Positions 49,175-58,713 of a DNA stretch of 64,000 nucleotides are shown here, piece after piece. The DNA comes from Candidatus Kapaibacterium sp. (GTDB lineage Bacteria > Bacteroidota > Ignavibacteria > Kapaibacteriales > NICIL-2): positions 613,189 through 677,188 of the forward strand of contig BPHJ01000001.1 in assembly GCA_026003475.1 (NCBI GenBank), written 5' to 3'. The notes beneath the pieces were generated by a model. The model saw only the letters and a list, made by a program, of their open reading frames with translations, made no database searches and was not told where the DNA came from. The translations under genes were made by a program, and so were the position numbers. How positions within the stretch are numbered: position 1 is the stretch's first letter; each line of letters opens with the position of its first letter.

Positions 49175-50598
49175 TGCACGAATGGTTTCTTGCGTCGCCG
49201 ATTGTTCTTGCATCGCTGGCAGCAGTTGCCGCGTTGATTGTTGATGCACTGACGCCCCACAGCGAGCGCGTAACGTATGGCTTTTCGATTGTGTCGTTGA
49301 TTCTTGTGCTAGTGGCGGCAGCAGGGACAGTTCCGTTCAATGGTACTGCGTTTGGGACAATGATTCGTGGTGGCGGTGTTGCTGCTGTTTTCGATTTAAT
49401 CTTCGCCTTGGGTGGAGTGCTGACGATTGTTGCATCGCGACCATACATTGCCGCTCGAAATTTCGAGCATGACGAGTTCTATACCCTTGTTCTCTATGCC
49501 ACTGCCGGCATGATGCTCATTGCACATGCACAGAACCTGCTCATCACGTTCATCGGCATCGAGGTTATGTCGCTGAGCTTCTACGTACTGGCTGGCTACT
49601 TCCGGCAAACGCTCCACTCAGTTGAAAGTGCGCTCAAATACTTCCTGCTCGGTGCGTTTGCTACCGGATTCCTGGCCTTTGGAATTGCGCTGGTCTACGG
49701 TGCAACTGGCAGTATCGAGTTCGGTGCAATTGCAACAGCGATCAACAAGGATGCGCTGAATTTTCCGCGTCTGCTTCCTATCGGAATTGCGCTTGTCATC
49801 GTTGGCCTTGGATTCAAGGTTGCTGTGTTTCCCTTTCACCAGTGGGCTCCCGATGTCTATGATGGAGCGCCGACGGTAGTCACGGGCTTTATGAGCACCG
49901 CGGGAAAGGCAGCAGCGTTGAGCGCATTTGTCCCGCTGGTCGTCAATGTTTTTCCAATAGCTGCCGCAAGTGTCCAAACAGTGTTAGCACTCTGTGCCGC
50001 AGCGACAATCGTGGTGGGTAATGTCGCAGCAGTTGTGCAGCGCCGCCTCAAACGAATGCTTGCCTATTCCTCGGTTGCGCATGCTGGATACATGCTCATT
50101 GGTCTTGCTGCCGGTAATAGCCGCGGACTGAGCGCAGTGGTGTTCTATGCCGTTGCGTATTTGTTCATGCAATTGGGTGCATTCGTTGTGTTAGCAATGC
50201 TCGAACGGGACGCCGAACGAAGTGTCGAACTGGAAGATTGCTCGGGTTTGAGCACGACCCATCCGGCGCTGGCAGCACTGATGGCCCTGTTCATGTTCTC
50301 GCTGGCAGGGATTCCGCCTATGGCGGGATTTTTTGGGAAGTATTACCTGTTTGCAGCAGCTATCGAGGCAGGATACACGTGGCTTGCTATCATCGGCGTT
50401 CTGGGTTCGATGGTCTCGGTGTACTACTACATCGGCGTTGTAGTGTACATGTATTTCAAGGAGTCTCGCGATGCTACCGAGCGCATGCGATTTGTCGGTC
50501 CCGAACGTGTGCCGTTGTTGATCAGTGCGGCGCTGCTTGTGGTGCTTGGCATTATCCCGACCGCATTGGAATCGCTGCTATCGAGCTTTTGGAAATAA
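49171..50598 (+). CDS. nuoN: NADH-quinone oxidoreductase antiporter-like subunit N
   Basis: Start overlaps the nuoM stop. NuoN-type PF00361 protein (475 aa). Confidence 0.85.
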   Translation: MMHEWFLASPIVLASLAAVAALIVDALTPHSERVTYGFSIVSLILVLVAAAGTVPFNGTAFGTMIRGGGVAAVFDLIFALGGVLTIVASRPYIAARNFEHDEFYTLVLYATAGMMLIAHAQNLLITFIGIEVMSLSFYVLAGYFRQTLHSVESALKYFLLGAFATGFLAFGIALVYGATGSIEFGAIATAINKDALNFPRLLPIGIALVIVGLGFKVAVFPFHQWAPDVYDGAPTVVTGFMSTAGKAAALSAFVPLVVNVFPIAAASVQTVLALCAAATIVVGNVAAVVQRRLKRMLAYSSVAHAGYMLIGLAAGNSRGLSAVVFYAVAYLFMQLGAFVVLAMLERDAERSVELEDCSGLSTTHPALAALMALFMFSLAGIPPMAGFFGKYYLFAAAIEAGYTWLAIIGVLGSMVSVYYYIGVVVYMYFKESRDATERMRFVGPERVPLLISAALLVVLGIIPTALESLLSSFWK

Positions 50599-50623
50599 CT
50601 CGTCAGTAATCTGTGTGAAGGTG

Positions 50624-52822
50624 ATGCTCATCTGGTGGTGTGGTCTTGTGTTTACCCTGGTGGCCACTGCCCAGGAGAGCGTCCAGATTTACTTCGATCC
50701 CATCCGCCGAACAGCCGACACGTTGGATTTTGGCTATGTGATGGCTGGGGATAGCGTCCTTCGTCAATTGTTCATCGAGAACAGCTCACCGCTTGAGGTG
50801 ACGATACCGCAGGGGATTCGCCCGTACATTGCCATCGAGCCAACCCCACCGTTCCGTGACAATGACCCCGATGAATTTCCGTTGGAGGCGTTATTCCCTT
50901 TCCGAATCGCACCCGGACAAACACGAGCATATCCACTGCGGTACACCGCAACGTTGTTTCCCCAGCATCCAGCCGGACGCCATCAGGTCGCGCTGAGAGT
51001 ATCGGTGCGTAGCAGTGCCGATACGGCCAATGTTGTTGCCGAACGGCGCATCATCATGCGAGCAACGAAATCATTCCGACCGCTCTGGAGCGATCAAACA
51101 GCAGTAGCATTCGATTCGGTGTATGTTGGGTCGCCCTTCGATCGAGTGCAGATGGTTCAGGTGCGCAATGTTTATCGTCAGGCAGTGTCGGCACAGATCA
51201 TCCGTACCGGTGACGCGCGAAGCATGATGGCTTTTACGCTGGATGCCGAAACGAGCGATGTCTTTGCAAGCGAGGAAGAGAAGCTCTACCGAGCGCAATT
51301 CCGCCCGATAGTACCCGGCAGCTATGCTCTCGATGTGCTGTTTGTCCATCCATCGCCACTCCGCAACGGCGGACAGGATACAACGACCGTTCAGCTTCGG
51401 GGTGTCGGGGTTGTGCAACAGTTGCAATGCCGTGCTGCACTTGCACCGAATGTTGAGATTGTTGGGGATACCATCATTGCCCGCTACCGCGCCATTGGCT
51501 CGAGCGATACAATCCCGCTGGTGTTTCAGAACGTCGGCAACATCCCCATTGGCGTGATTGAAACCCAATTGGACCCTTCAGGTTCGGTCGAGGAGGTAAC
51601 GATCCGTCGTCCTTTTTCGCAGGCGGCAAACCTTGTTCCTCAAGCGCTCGATACGGTTGTCCTTGTGGTGCGACCGGTTCGGGCGGGAACAAACCAGGTT
51701 ACGCTCCGCTTGCAAACCGATCTTCTGCAACGTTCCATCTATGGTGCGCCAAGTGATGCAGCCCAGTTGCGCTTTACGCTCCGCATTGAAAGTATGCCGC
51801 AGCGACTGGCCGCACTCCAACCAGAGATGGACTTTGGAACCACTCTTGCATTGGGTTCGTGTGGTGAAACGTTGACTGATACAGTGCAATTAGAAAATCG
51901 CAGTGACGAGCCTGTAACGATTACCGCTCTTAGCGTACCACCACCATTTTCGGTGCCTGTTACCACACCCGTTGTCGTTGCAGCAAGAACAGTGCTTGCA
52001 CTCCCGATTATCGTATCACCGGTGGATCGTGCAGCAGATGTCAGTGGCGATCTCGGCATCGAGAGCAGCGATAGCGCGTACTCACCGCTCAAAGTCAAGC
52101 TCCGAGTTCGCTTCGTGCAGCCGCAACCGTTGTCGCTCCAGTTGCAGCCAGTCGAGTACGTTCCGGGCGAAACTGTCCATGTTCTGCTCGGTTGCAGTGG
52201 CGAGCGTGCAGCAGTCTATTCGGCAGGTGCAATCGAACTTTCCCTTGAGCCAACAATGGCTGAGCTCCATGGCGTCCAAACTGCCAACACCGCCCTGCAA
52301 GGGGCGACTGTTTCGATGGTATCACTTGGGAATGGACGCTATCGAGTTCAGTTTCAATCATCCCAGCATTTCTTTGCTCGTGATACGTTCGCGGTACTTG
52401 TGCTGCGAACATATCTTGGTCAGCAACCGCAATCCTCGGTTGCGATTACCTCGTTCCAAACTGGATCGGTGCGATGTCCTGATGCAATTAGAGGAGAGGG
52501 TGCACATGCAACGCTTGCGGTCGAGCCTTTCTGTGGGATGGGATACAAGTTCCCGATTGTTTTTCCTACGCTGGTGATGAGCGATGCTTGGGTGGTTCCC
52601 GAAGGAGGAATCATGCTCGATTGCTGGTCTGATCGAGAGCGCTCGGCTCAGCTTGTGTGTGTTAGTGCTGATGGACGAACGATCACGCAGCATCAGTTGT
52701 CGCTACGTTCCGGGCGGCAAACAATCATCGTTCCGGTGGAGCTTGCTCCAGGCGTCTATGGATTGCGACTGCAAGGTGAGCATACCAGCCAAGAGGCTCG
52801 TCGTGTGGTCCTGGTTCGCTAA
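50624..52822 (+). CDS. large secreted multi-Ig-like-domain protein with C-terminal type-IX secretion (T9SS type-A) sorting domain
   Basis: ATG at 50624 gives MLIWWCGLVFTLVATAQE (signal peptide). Repeated beta-rich about 100-aa modules. C-terminus LAPGVYGLRLQGEHTSQEARRVVLVR matches the Por_Secre_tail pattern (...GVYfvrl...klvk). Confidence 0.5.
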   Translation: MLIWWCGLVFTLVATAQESVQIYFDPIRRTADTLDFGYVMAGDSVLRQLFIENSSPLEVTIPQGIRPYIAIEPTPPFRDNDPDEFPLEALFPFRIAPGQTRAYPLRYTATLFPQHPAGRHQVALRVSVRSSADTANVVAERRIIMRATKSFRPLWSDQTAVAFDSVYVGSPFDRVQMVQVRNVYRQAVSAQIIRTGDARSMMAFTLDAETSDVFASEEEKLYRAQFRPIVPGSYALDVLFVHPSPLRNGGQDTTTVQLRGVGVVQQLQCRAALAPNVEIVGDTIIARYRAIGSSDTIPLVFQNVGNIPIGVIETQLDPSGSVEEVTIRRPFSQAANLVPQALDTVVLVVRPVRAGTNQVTLRLQTDLLQRSIYGAPSDAAQLRFTLRIESMPQRLAALQPEMDFGTTLALGSCGETLTDTVQLENRSDEPVTITALSVPPPFSVPVTTPVVVAARTVLALPIIVSPVDRAADVSGDLGIESSDSAYSPLKVKLRVRFVQPQPLSLQLQPVEYVPGETVHVLLGCSGERAAVYSAGAIELSLEPTMAELHGVQTANTALQGATVSMVSLGNGRYRVQFQSSQHFFARDTFAVLVLRTYLGQQPQSSVAITSFQTGSVRCPDAIRGEGAHATLAVEPFCGMGYKFPIVFPTLVMSDAWVVPEGGIMLDCWSDRERSAQLVCVSADGRTITQHQLSLRSGRQTIIVPVELAPGVYGLRLQGEHTSQEARRVVLVR

Positions 52823-53558
52823 GCTCTGGATTACTCTCTGCGCTCCGCTGACGATCATGGCGCAAGGGTTCGACTGGGTCCCAACCTATATGCTCCCCTT
52901 CCGAATTCCAACGGTGTACGGCATTACGGGGGTTCAACTCGATGCCGTCACTCTCCACGATACTCGTGCTGTTACACAGGGAACACTTGTCTGCGCATCC
53001 TACGGCGACGGAACGGGAGTCCAGGGCAAGTTCACCGTTGGGGGAGAGTGGTGGGCACAGGCAGATGTCTCTTTGGCGCTCTTGCTCAACGTTGGTTGGC
53101 TTCGAACCACGCATTATGCCAGCGGAACGGTTGCACCGTTAGTTACTGGCGAGATGCTCCGAACCGAATATGTGCTGTCAACATCGCGGCTGCTTGTCAG
53201 TGTCCAAGTCGCTGCGAAAAAGCGGTTGCTCCTGCGCTATGGATGGCTGCGAGCGGGAATCGAGCTGGGTACGTACCTGGCACCATCTGTCGAACAGCGC
53301 GAGCGAGTGCTCGAGCCGAGTTGGTACATGTTTGCGACAACACCACCAAGTCAGCAGGTAGTTATCGCGTCTGGCACCGATAACCGAACCAACCTGCACG
53401 GCTCAGTGGTGCTCTCGATTGGGTACGACCTTTCGGTACGCAACGGACTGTACGTGCTGCCGTCGGTGGAGGCTGCCTTGCCCCTTACGCTTACGGCGGG
53501 CGACTTTCGTCTATGGCGCATAGGCATTTCGATTCCGATCGCGTTTTCGCTTCCATGA
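52803..53558 (+). CDS. putative outer-membrane beta-barrel protein (possibly T9SS-associated PorP/SprF-like)
   Basis: GTG start overlapping the upstream stop. Signal peptide VWSWFAKLWITLCAPLTIMAQG. Alternating hydrophobic/aromatic strand pattern throughout. Family uncertain. Confidence 0.35.
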   Translation: MWSWFAKLWITLCAPLTIMAQGFDWVPTYMLPFRIPTVYGITGVQLDAVTLHDTRAVTQGTLVCASYGDGTGVQGKFTVGGEWWAQADVSLALLLNVGWLRTTHYASGTVAPLVTGEMLRTEYVLSTSRLLVSVQVAAKKRLLLRYGWLRAGIELGTYLAPSVEQRERVLEPSWYMFATTPPSQQVVIASGTDNRTNLHGSVVLSIGYDLSVRNGLYVLPSVEAALPLTLTAGDFRLWRIGISIPIAFSLP

Positions 53559-53582
53559 TGTTTCACATTTTTCTGTTCTGCG

Positions 53583-54296
53583 ATGAAACTGCTTGCATGT
53601 CTGCTCACCGTCGTTGCTGCAGCGGTTGTTGCGACGGCTCAACCAAAACTCGAGATCATCGGCGGTGACACCTACAACTGGGGACAGATCAAACCCAGCA
53701 ATAACCCGCTCAAGGGTACGCTCAAACTCAAGAATGCCGGCAATGAGCCGCTCGAGATCAAATCCGTCAAGCCAAGCTGCGGCTGTACCGCAACAAAGCT
53801 CGATAAGAATATCCTCGAACCCGGAGAAGTGGCCTCGGTTGATGTCTCGCTCAATATTGGGACTGCTACCGGACCGATCACGAAGACTGTAACCATTACG
53901 TCGAGCGACCCGAGCAACGAAACCAAGATCGTGTACCTTCGTGCGGAGGTCGTTCGGGCTGTTATGCTTTCGATGCCCTATATCGCCTTCACTGATCTGA
54001 GCATTGGGAAGCAGTCAACGGCAAGCATTACTGTCAAGAACAACTCCAGCGAGAATATCACCTGTTTTGGATTCGAAGCGACCAATGGACTGATTGTAAA
54101 TCCGAAAGGCCGCGTCGAACTCAAGCCAGGCGAAGAGTTCAAGCTCAGTGCATCGCTGGTACCCGACGCGGAGGGATACTTCAACGGAACCATCAAGTTC
54201 TCGACGTCGCATCCAGACTTCCCAACGATTGATGTGCCGGTCTATGGGAATGTCCTCAAGCCAGCATCGCCAGTTTTTCAACCGGGTCGGCCTTGA
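53583..54296 (+). CDS. secreted DUF1573-like tandem Ig-fold protein
   Basis: Signal peptide MKLLACLLTVVAAAVVATAQ. Two about 100-aa repeats, the first carrying the PSCGCT motif that I recall as characteristic of DUF1573. Confidence 0.5.
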   Translation: MKLLACLLTVVAAAVVATAQPKLEIIGGDTYNWGQIKPSNNPLKGTLKLKNAGNEPLEIKSVKPSCGCTATKLDKNILEPGEVASVDVSLNIGTATGPITKTVTITSSDPSNETKIVYLRAEVVRAVMLSMPYIAFTDLSIGKQSTASITVKNNSSENITCFGFEATNGLIVNPKGRVELKPGEEFKLSASLVPDAEGYFNGTIKFSTSHPDFPTIDVPVYGNVLKPASPVFQPGRP

Positions 54297-54297
54297 G

Positions 54298-55782
54298 TTA
54301 AGTGCTGTTGGGATTTCGCCCGATTTTTTCCAGTGCCCAGCGAAATACGTTCAGGTATTGCTGGGCACTTTTTGTTGCGGAGAAGTCTTGACGCATTCCG
54401 TTGGTACGGATTCGATTCCAGTGGACCGGATGGCGGTAATACCGCAATGCGCGCTCGATTGCGCGGGCGAATGCAGAAGCTGAGTATTCGCCGAAAGTAA
54501 ATCCAGTGCCAGTACCGGTAACTGGGTCGTACTCCTCGACAGTATCGGCAAGCCCACCTGTTGCGCGGACAATCGGCACGGTGCCGTAGCGAAGCGCATA
54601 AATCTGAGTCAACCCGCATGGCTCGAATAAAGACGGCATCACTAAGAAATCCGAGCTTGCAATGACGTGGTGCGAAAGGGATGCGTTATAGCCGGTGTAC
54701 ACGAGCACCCGTGTTGGGTAGCGTCGCCCAAGACGATGGAGCGCGTGTTCATACCGCGCTTCGCCGCTGCCCAGGATGGCAAATCGTGCGCGTCCGGTTC
54801 GCACAAATTGCTCGATGCATCCCAATAGCAAGTCAATGCCTTTTTGCGCAGTCAATCGCGATACCATACCCAAGATTGGAATTTCGAGCGTGCGATCGTG
54901 AGGCGGGACTGATTCTTCGAGCAATCCTGCTTTGTTGCGGTCCTTGTCGCTGAGCGTTTCGATGCCGTAGGGTGCTGCAATGTGTGGATCGGTTTGGGGA
55001 TCCCATTCGGTGTAATCAGCGCCGTTGAGAACGCCCAAGAAGTCTGCTCCGCGTAAGTTCAGATAGGGTTGCATTCCCATGCCCGCACTTGTCCAACGAA
55101 TTTCCCGGGCATAAGTTGGGCTCACGGTTGTGATCTTGTCGGCAAACATGATGCCCGTTTTCATCAAGTTCACCGCACCGTCGTGTTCGAACCACGATCC
55201 AGGGAATTGGTCGAGGGGGAAATTTGCCAATGGCAGGATGCGTCGAGGATCGCTCTGCCCCTGAAAAGCGATGTTATGGATGGTAAAGACACCGGCTGTG
55301 CGTGCAAAACGCGGATGGAAACGATAGTGGGATTTCAAGAATGCCAAGGCAAATGCTGTATGCCAGTCGTGTGCGTGGATGATGTCGGGGACAAAATCAA
55401 TGCTCGATGCAATTTCAAGCGCTGCACGCGAGAGGAACAGAAAGCGCCGATCGTTATCGGGATAGCCATCGGGATCACCGTAAATCCCAGCCCGATCGAA
55501 GTAATCACGCGACTCGAGGAAGTAAACTGGTACATCTGTTCCTGGCAACACACCGCGCCACAGACGCGTGTATTCTTGCCACCAGCCGATGGGCACTGCG
55601 ACCACACTGCTGGTGGGTTTGATGTTCCATCGCTGGCAATCAATGTTGCCGTACTTGGGAAGGACAACGCGAACCGAATGACCGAGCCCATGCCACTCTT
55701 TTGCAAGTGCACTGACGACGTCGGCTAATCCGCCAATCTTAGCGAAGGGAGAGCATTCGGCAGCAACTGCAAGAATGTTCAT
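54298..55782 (-). CDS. glgA: glycogen synthase GlgA (GT5)
   Basis: MNILAVAAECSPFAKIGGLADVVSALAKEW, the canonical GlgA N-terminus (KxGGL). 494 aa. Confidence 0.85.
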   Translation of the reverse strand: MNILAVAAECSPFAKIGGLADVVSALAKEWHGLGHSVRVVLPKYGNIDCQRWNIKPTSSVVAVPIGWWQEYTRLWRGVLPGTDVPVYFLESRDYFDRAGIYGDPDGYPDNDRRFLFLSRAALEIASSIDFVPDIIHAHDWHTAFALAFLKSHYRFHPRFARTAGVFTIHNIAFQGQSDPRRILPLANFPLDQFPGSWFEHDGAVNLMKTGIMFADKITTVSPTYAREIRWTSAGMGMQPYLNLRGADFLGVLNGADYTEWDPQTDPHIAAPYGIETLSDKDRNKAGLLEESVPPHDRTLEIPILGMVSRLTAQKGIDLLLGCIEQFVRTGRARFAILGSGEARYEHALHRLGRRYPTRVLVYTGYNASLSHHVIASSDFLVMPSLFEPCGLTQIYALRYGTVPIVRATGGLADTVEEYDPVTGTGTGFTFGEYSASAFARAIERALRYYRHPVHWNRIRTNGMRQDFSATKSAQQYLNVFRWALEKIGRNPNST

Positions 55783-56627
55783 CGTGTGTCGGTACGGGTT
55801 CGTGTGACAAAGGTTCGATAGGTCGGAAACATGGTTGCCGCTGCCAAGGTGTGTTCTTCGCTGGGGAAGAAACCATACAGCGCCGAACCAGTTCCCGTCA
55901 GCGATGCATACGTCGCACCGGAGGCGTAGAGCTGTTCTTTGATGCGCGCAAGTTCGGGATAGAGAGGAAAGACGACAGCTTCAAAATCGTTGGTGCAAAC
56001 CGATCGCAGGAATTCATCGCTCACATTCGATGCGAAGACCGCATCGCAGAGCAACCGCGGGCGAGTGTGCTCACTATGCCGATGCAATTGTCCGTATGCC
56101 CAGGCAGTCGAGATGTGAATGCCAGGTGCTACAATCAGCACATGCCGAGGCGGCATCGGAGGAAGCGGAGTGAGCACTTCCCCCCGTCCTTCGGCGTAGG
56201 CAAGCTGTGGTTGGAGAAAGAACGGCACATCGCTACCAAGCTGAAGAGCAAGTTGTGGGAGTAACTCTGCCGCATTGGGTGCGTTCCACAATTGGCACAG
56301 TCCCACAAGTGTCGCTGCTGCATCGGAGCTCCCGCCGCCGAGTCCGCTCCCATGCGGAATGTGTTTGGTGATGGTTATCTTTGCGCCCGCTGTGGTATGC
56401 CGCATCGCCAAGAGCAATCTGGCAGCGCGGTAAGCAAGGTTATCCTGCTCATCAATTCCCAGCGACGGTTGCATGCGAATGGCGATGGTGTCGGCTTCTT
56501 CGATGACGATCTCGTCGTGGAGTTCGACAGGCACAAAGACCGTAGCAATTGAGTGATAACCATCGGCACGCTTCCCCAGAACGTGCAATCCAACGTTGAT
56601 TTTCGCGTAGGCTCGACGCAGTAGCAT
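55779..56627 (-). CDS. ispE: 4-diphosphocytidyl-2-C-methyl-D-erythritol kinase IspE
   Basis: AYAKINVGLHVLGKRADGYH aligns with the E. coli IspE N-terminus. GHMP kinase motif PHGSGLGGGSSDAAA. ATG at 56627 preferred to the track GTG at 56633. Stop overlaps the glgA start. Confidence 0.8.
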   Translation of the reverse strand: MLLRRAYAKINVGLHVLGKRADGYHSIATVFVPVELHDEIVIEEADTIAIRMQPSLGIDEQDNLAYRAARLLLAMRHTTAGAKITITKHIPHGSGLGGGSSDAAATLVGLCQLWNAPNAAELLPQLALQLGSDVPFFLQPQLAYAEGRGEVLTPLPPMPPRHVLIVAPGIHISTAWAYGQLHRHSEHTRPRLLCDAVFASNVSDEFLRSVCTNDFEAVVFPLYPELARIKEQLYASGATYASLTGTGSALYGFFPSEEHTLAAATMFPTYRTFVTRTRTDTR

Positions 56628-57327
56628 GAGCACTCAAACGATTGAACAAAGTGCAAAATTACCGTCTGCTGTACCGCCGGATGATATTTCGTTCGGCGCA
56701 GAGCTTCTGCGGAAAGGTATTCACCTGCTATCGCTATCCATTCCCATTGGCTATGCGTTGATGACAAAGCATCAAGCGCTTGCAATCCTTGTGCCCTTGA
56801 CGGTAGCATTCGTCGTCGCTGACGTTCTCATTCATTGGAGTAAGCCCGTGCGGCGGTTTGCGCTCCAGTTGGTTGGACCGCTGCTGCGACCGCATGAATT
56901 GCGCAGCGATCGGCTCTTGCTCAATGGGGCGTCGTATGTGCTCATCAGTGCGTGCATCGTCATAGCACTGTTCCCCAAACTCATCGCGATAACATCCTTT
57001 GCGATTCTGATCATTAGTGACATTAGCGCCGCCCTCGTCGGGCGTCGGTATGGCACACACCGATTCCTCGATAAGTCGCTGGAGGGAACAATCGCATTTT
57101 TTGTGTCTGCGCTCATCGTTATCGGTGTTATCGGTGCTTGCTACGATGCTCCCGCGGTGTATTTCGTCATTGGCACCTGTGCAGCAGCGGTGGGGGCATT
57201 AGCAGAAAATCTTTCAATCCGACTCAAGATGGACGACAACGTATCCATCCCGCTCAGTATCGGCGCAGTCATGTGGGGACTTGCGCTGCTTTTTCCGTCG
57301 GGTGAACTGTTACTGGGTATCGCATGA
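56626..57327 (+). CDS. CTP-dependent polyprenol/diacylglycerol kinase-like membrane protein (CTP_transf_1 / dolichol-kinase family)
   Basis: 233 aa with about six TM helices. Motifs LLRKGIHLLS...ISDISAALVGRRYGTHRF characteristic of the CDS/DGK1/VTE5 superfamily. Confidence 0.5.
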   Translation: MSTQTIEQSAKLPSAVPPDDISFGAELLRKGIHLLSLSIPIGYALMTKHQALAILVPLTVAFVVADVLIHWSKPVRRFALQLVGPLLRPHELRSDRLLLNGASYVLISACIVIALFPKLIAITSFAILIISDISAALVGRRYGTHRFLDKSLEGTIAFFVSALIVIGVIGACYDAPAVYFVIGTCAAAVGALAENLSIRLKMDDNVSIPLSIGAVMWGLALLFPSGELLLGIA

Positions 57328-57863
57328 AACGTCAAGCGTGGTATTTCGATGCAGTCGTGGTACTCTGCTTGATAGCTGTTCTTGGTTGGACAGCTTCAGT
57401 CGTGTTGAGCGTCGAAACGCCAGTGATTCCGTCTATGCGAACAGTGGATGTCTTCGATACGACAAGTGAGCAGGGGATGCGGTGGATCGTTGCCAGTGTT
57501 GAAGCTGAAGGTGCCGACTCTGCACTCGTTGCCCGGTACGCGACGATGCTCTACCATCGGCTGGTTCCCAAGCATCTCGACGATACGGGTGCCGTGCAGA
57601 TGGAAGTGTACGTTTACGATCCGGCGATGCGTCGGGACCTGGCTCCAGACGACGCAGCGTTGCTCACTCGTCGCAATCCGGCAACAATCGATCTGCTTGG
57701 TAAACTTGATCGAGCTGATAGCGCCTACATTGCCCTGCGGCTTTCGTCGCCATGGATGATCCTGGGACGGGATACGTTGCTGGTTGCACGGTCGCGCAAG
57801 GTCTATATTCCGAAAGAAGGCTACCGTTGGGCGTCGCTGGTGCGGCGACGTCCAGCACAGTGA
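57324..57863 (+). CDS. hypothetical membrane-anchored protein
   Basis: Start overlaps the upstream stop (ATGA). Single N-terminal TM helix (AVVVLCLIAVLGWTASVVL). No recognisable family. Confidence 0.4.
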   Translation: MKRQAWYFDAVVVLCLIAVLGWTASVVLSVETPVIPSMRTVDVFDTTSEQGMRWIVASVEAEGADSALVARYATMLYHRLVPKHLDDTGAVQMEVYVYDPAMRRDLAPDDAALLTRRNPATIDLLGKLDRADSAYIALRLSSPWMILGRDTLLVARSRKVYIPKEGYRWASLVRRRPAQ

Positions 57864-57885
57864 TGTTTCACACAGGAACTGCCAC

Positions 57886-58713
57886 ATGAACAAACAACAG
57901 TGCTATGCGCTGATTCTGGGAGCCTCCAGTGGTTTTGGACGCGCGACGGCACTGGCATTGGCAGCCGATGGGTTCCCCATCATAGGAGTGCATCTCGATC
58001 GTGCTGCGGCAATGCCCGCGGTCGAGGAGCTCAAACGCGAGATTCAGTCCTATGGTGTGCGGGCTCTATTTTTCAATGCCAATGCTGCTGATACGGAGCG
58101 GCGCACCGAAATCATTGCTGCGCTTACCCAGGAATTTGCAGAGCATCCGGGTAGTGGGGTGTACCTGCTGCTCCATTCGTTAGCATTTGGGTCGTTACGT
58201 CCACTGGTTGCACCCAATCATCACGAGGCCATCACGCAGAGCCAGCTGGAAATGACGCTCAACGTCATGGCAAACTCGTTGGTGTATTGGGTGCAGGAGC
58301 TCTATGCCAACGGGTTGTTACTGCGGCGGGGACGGATTCTTTCGCTTACCAGTGCTGGCAGCCATCGGAATTTGCCCATGTACGGTGCAGTCTCGGCAGC
58401 CAAAGCAGCACTCGAATCCTACACGCGCCAACTTGCGCTCGAGTTGGCACCAATGGAGATCACCGTCAATGCAATTCGGGCAGGGGTGACCGATACTCCC
58501 GCGCTTCGGAAAATCCCCGGTAACGATCGGCTCATTGCCAATGCAATCATGCGCAACCCGAACCACCGCTTGACAACACCCGAGGACGTTGCAAAGATCA
58601 TCACGCTCTTGGCACGTCCTGAAGCGCAGTGGATCAATGCACACGTGCTCGGCGCCGATGGTGGCGAGGATGCCATTGACATCACGTGGTGGGATGAGGC
58701 ACCCTCTGCCTAA
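57886..58713 (+). CDS. SDR-family enoyl-[acyl-carrier-protein] reductase-like protein (FabI/FabL type)
   Basis: Rossmann motif LILGASSGFGRATA. Active-site Y-x6-K (MYGAVSAAKAALESY), as in FabI rather than the classical Y-x3-K. Confidence 0.6.
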   Translation: MNKQQCYALILGASSGFGRATALALAADGFPIIGVHLDRAAAMPAVEELKREIQSYGVRALFFNANAADTERRTEIIAALTQEFAEHPGSGVYLLLHSLAFGSLRPLVAPNHHEAITQSQLEMTLNVMANSLVYWVQELYANGLLLRRGRILSLTSAGSHRNLPMYGAVSAAKAALESYTRQLALELAPMEITVNAIRAGVTDTPALRKIPGNDRLIANAIMRNPNHRLTTPEDVAKIITLLARPEAQWINAHVLGADGGEDAIDITWWDEAPSA

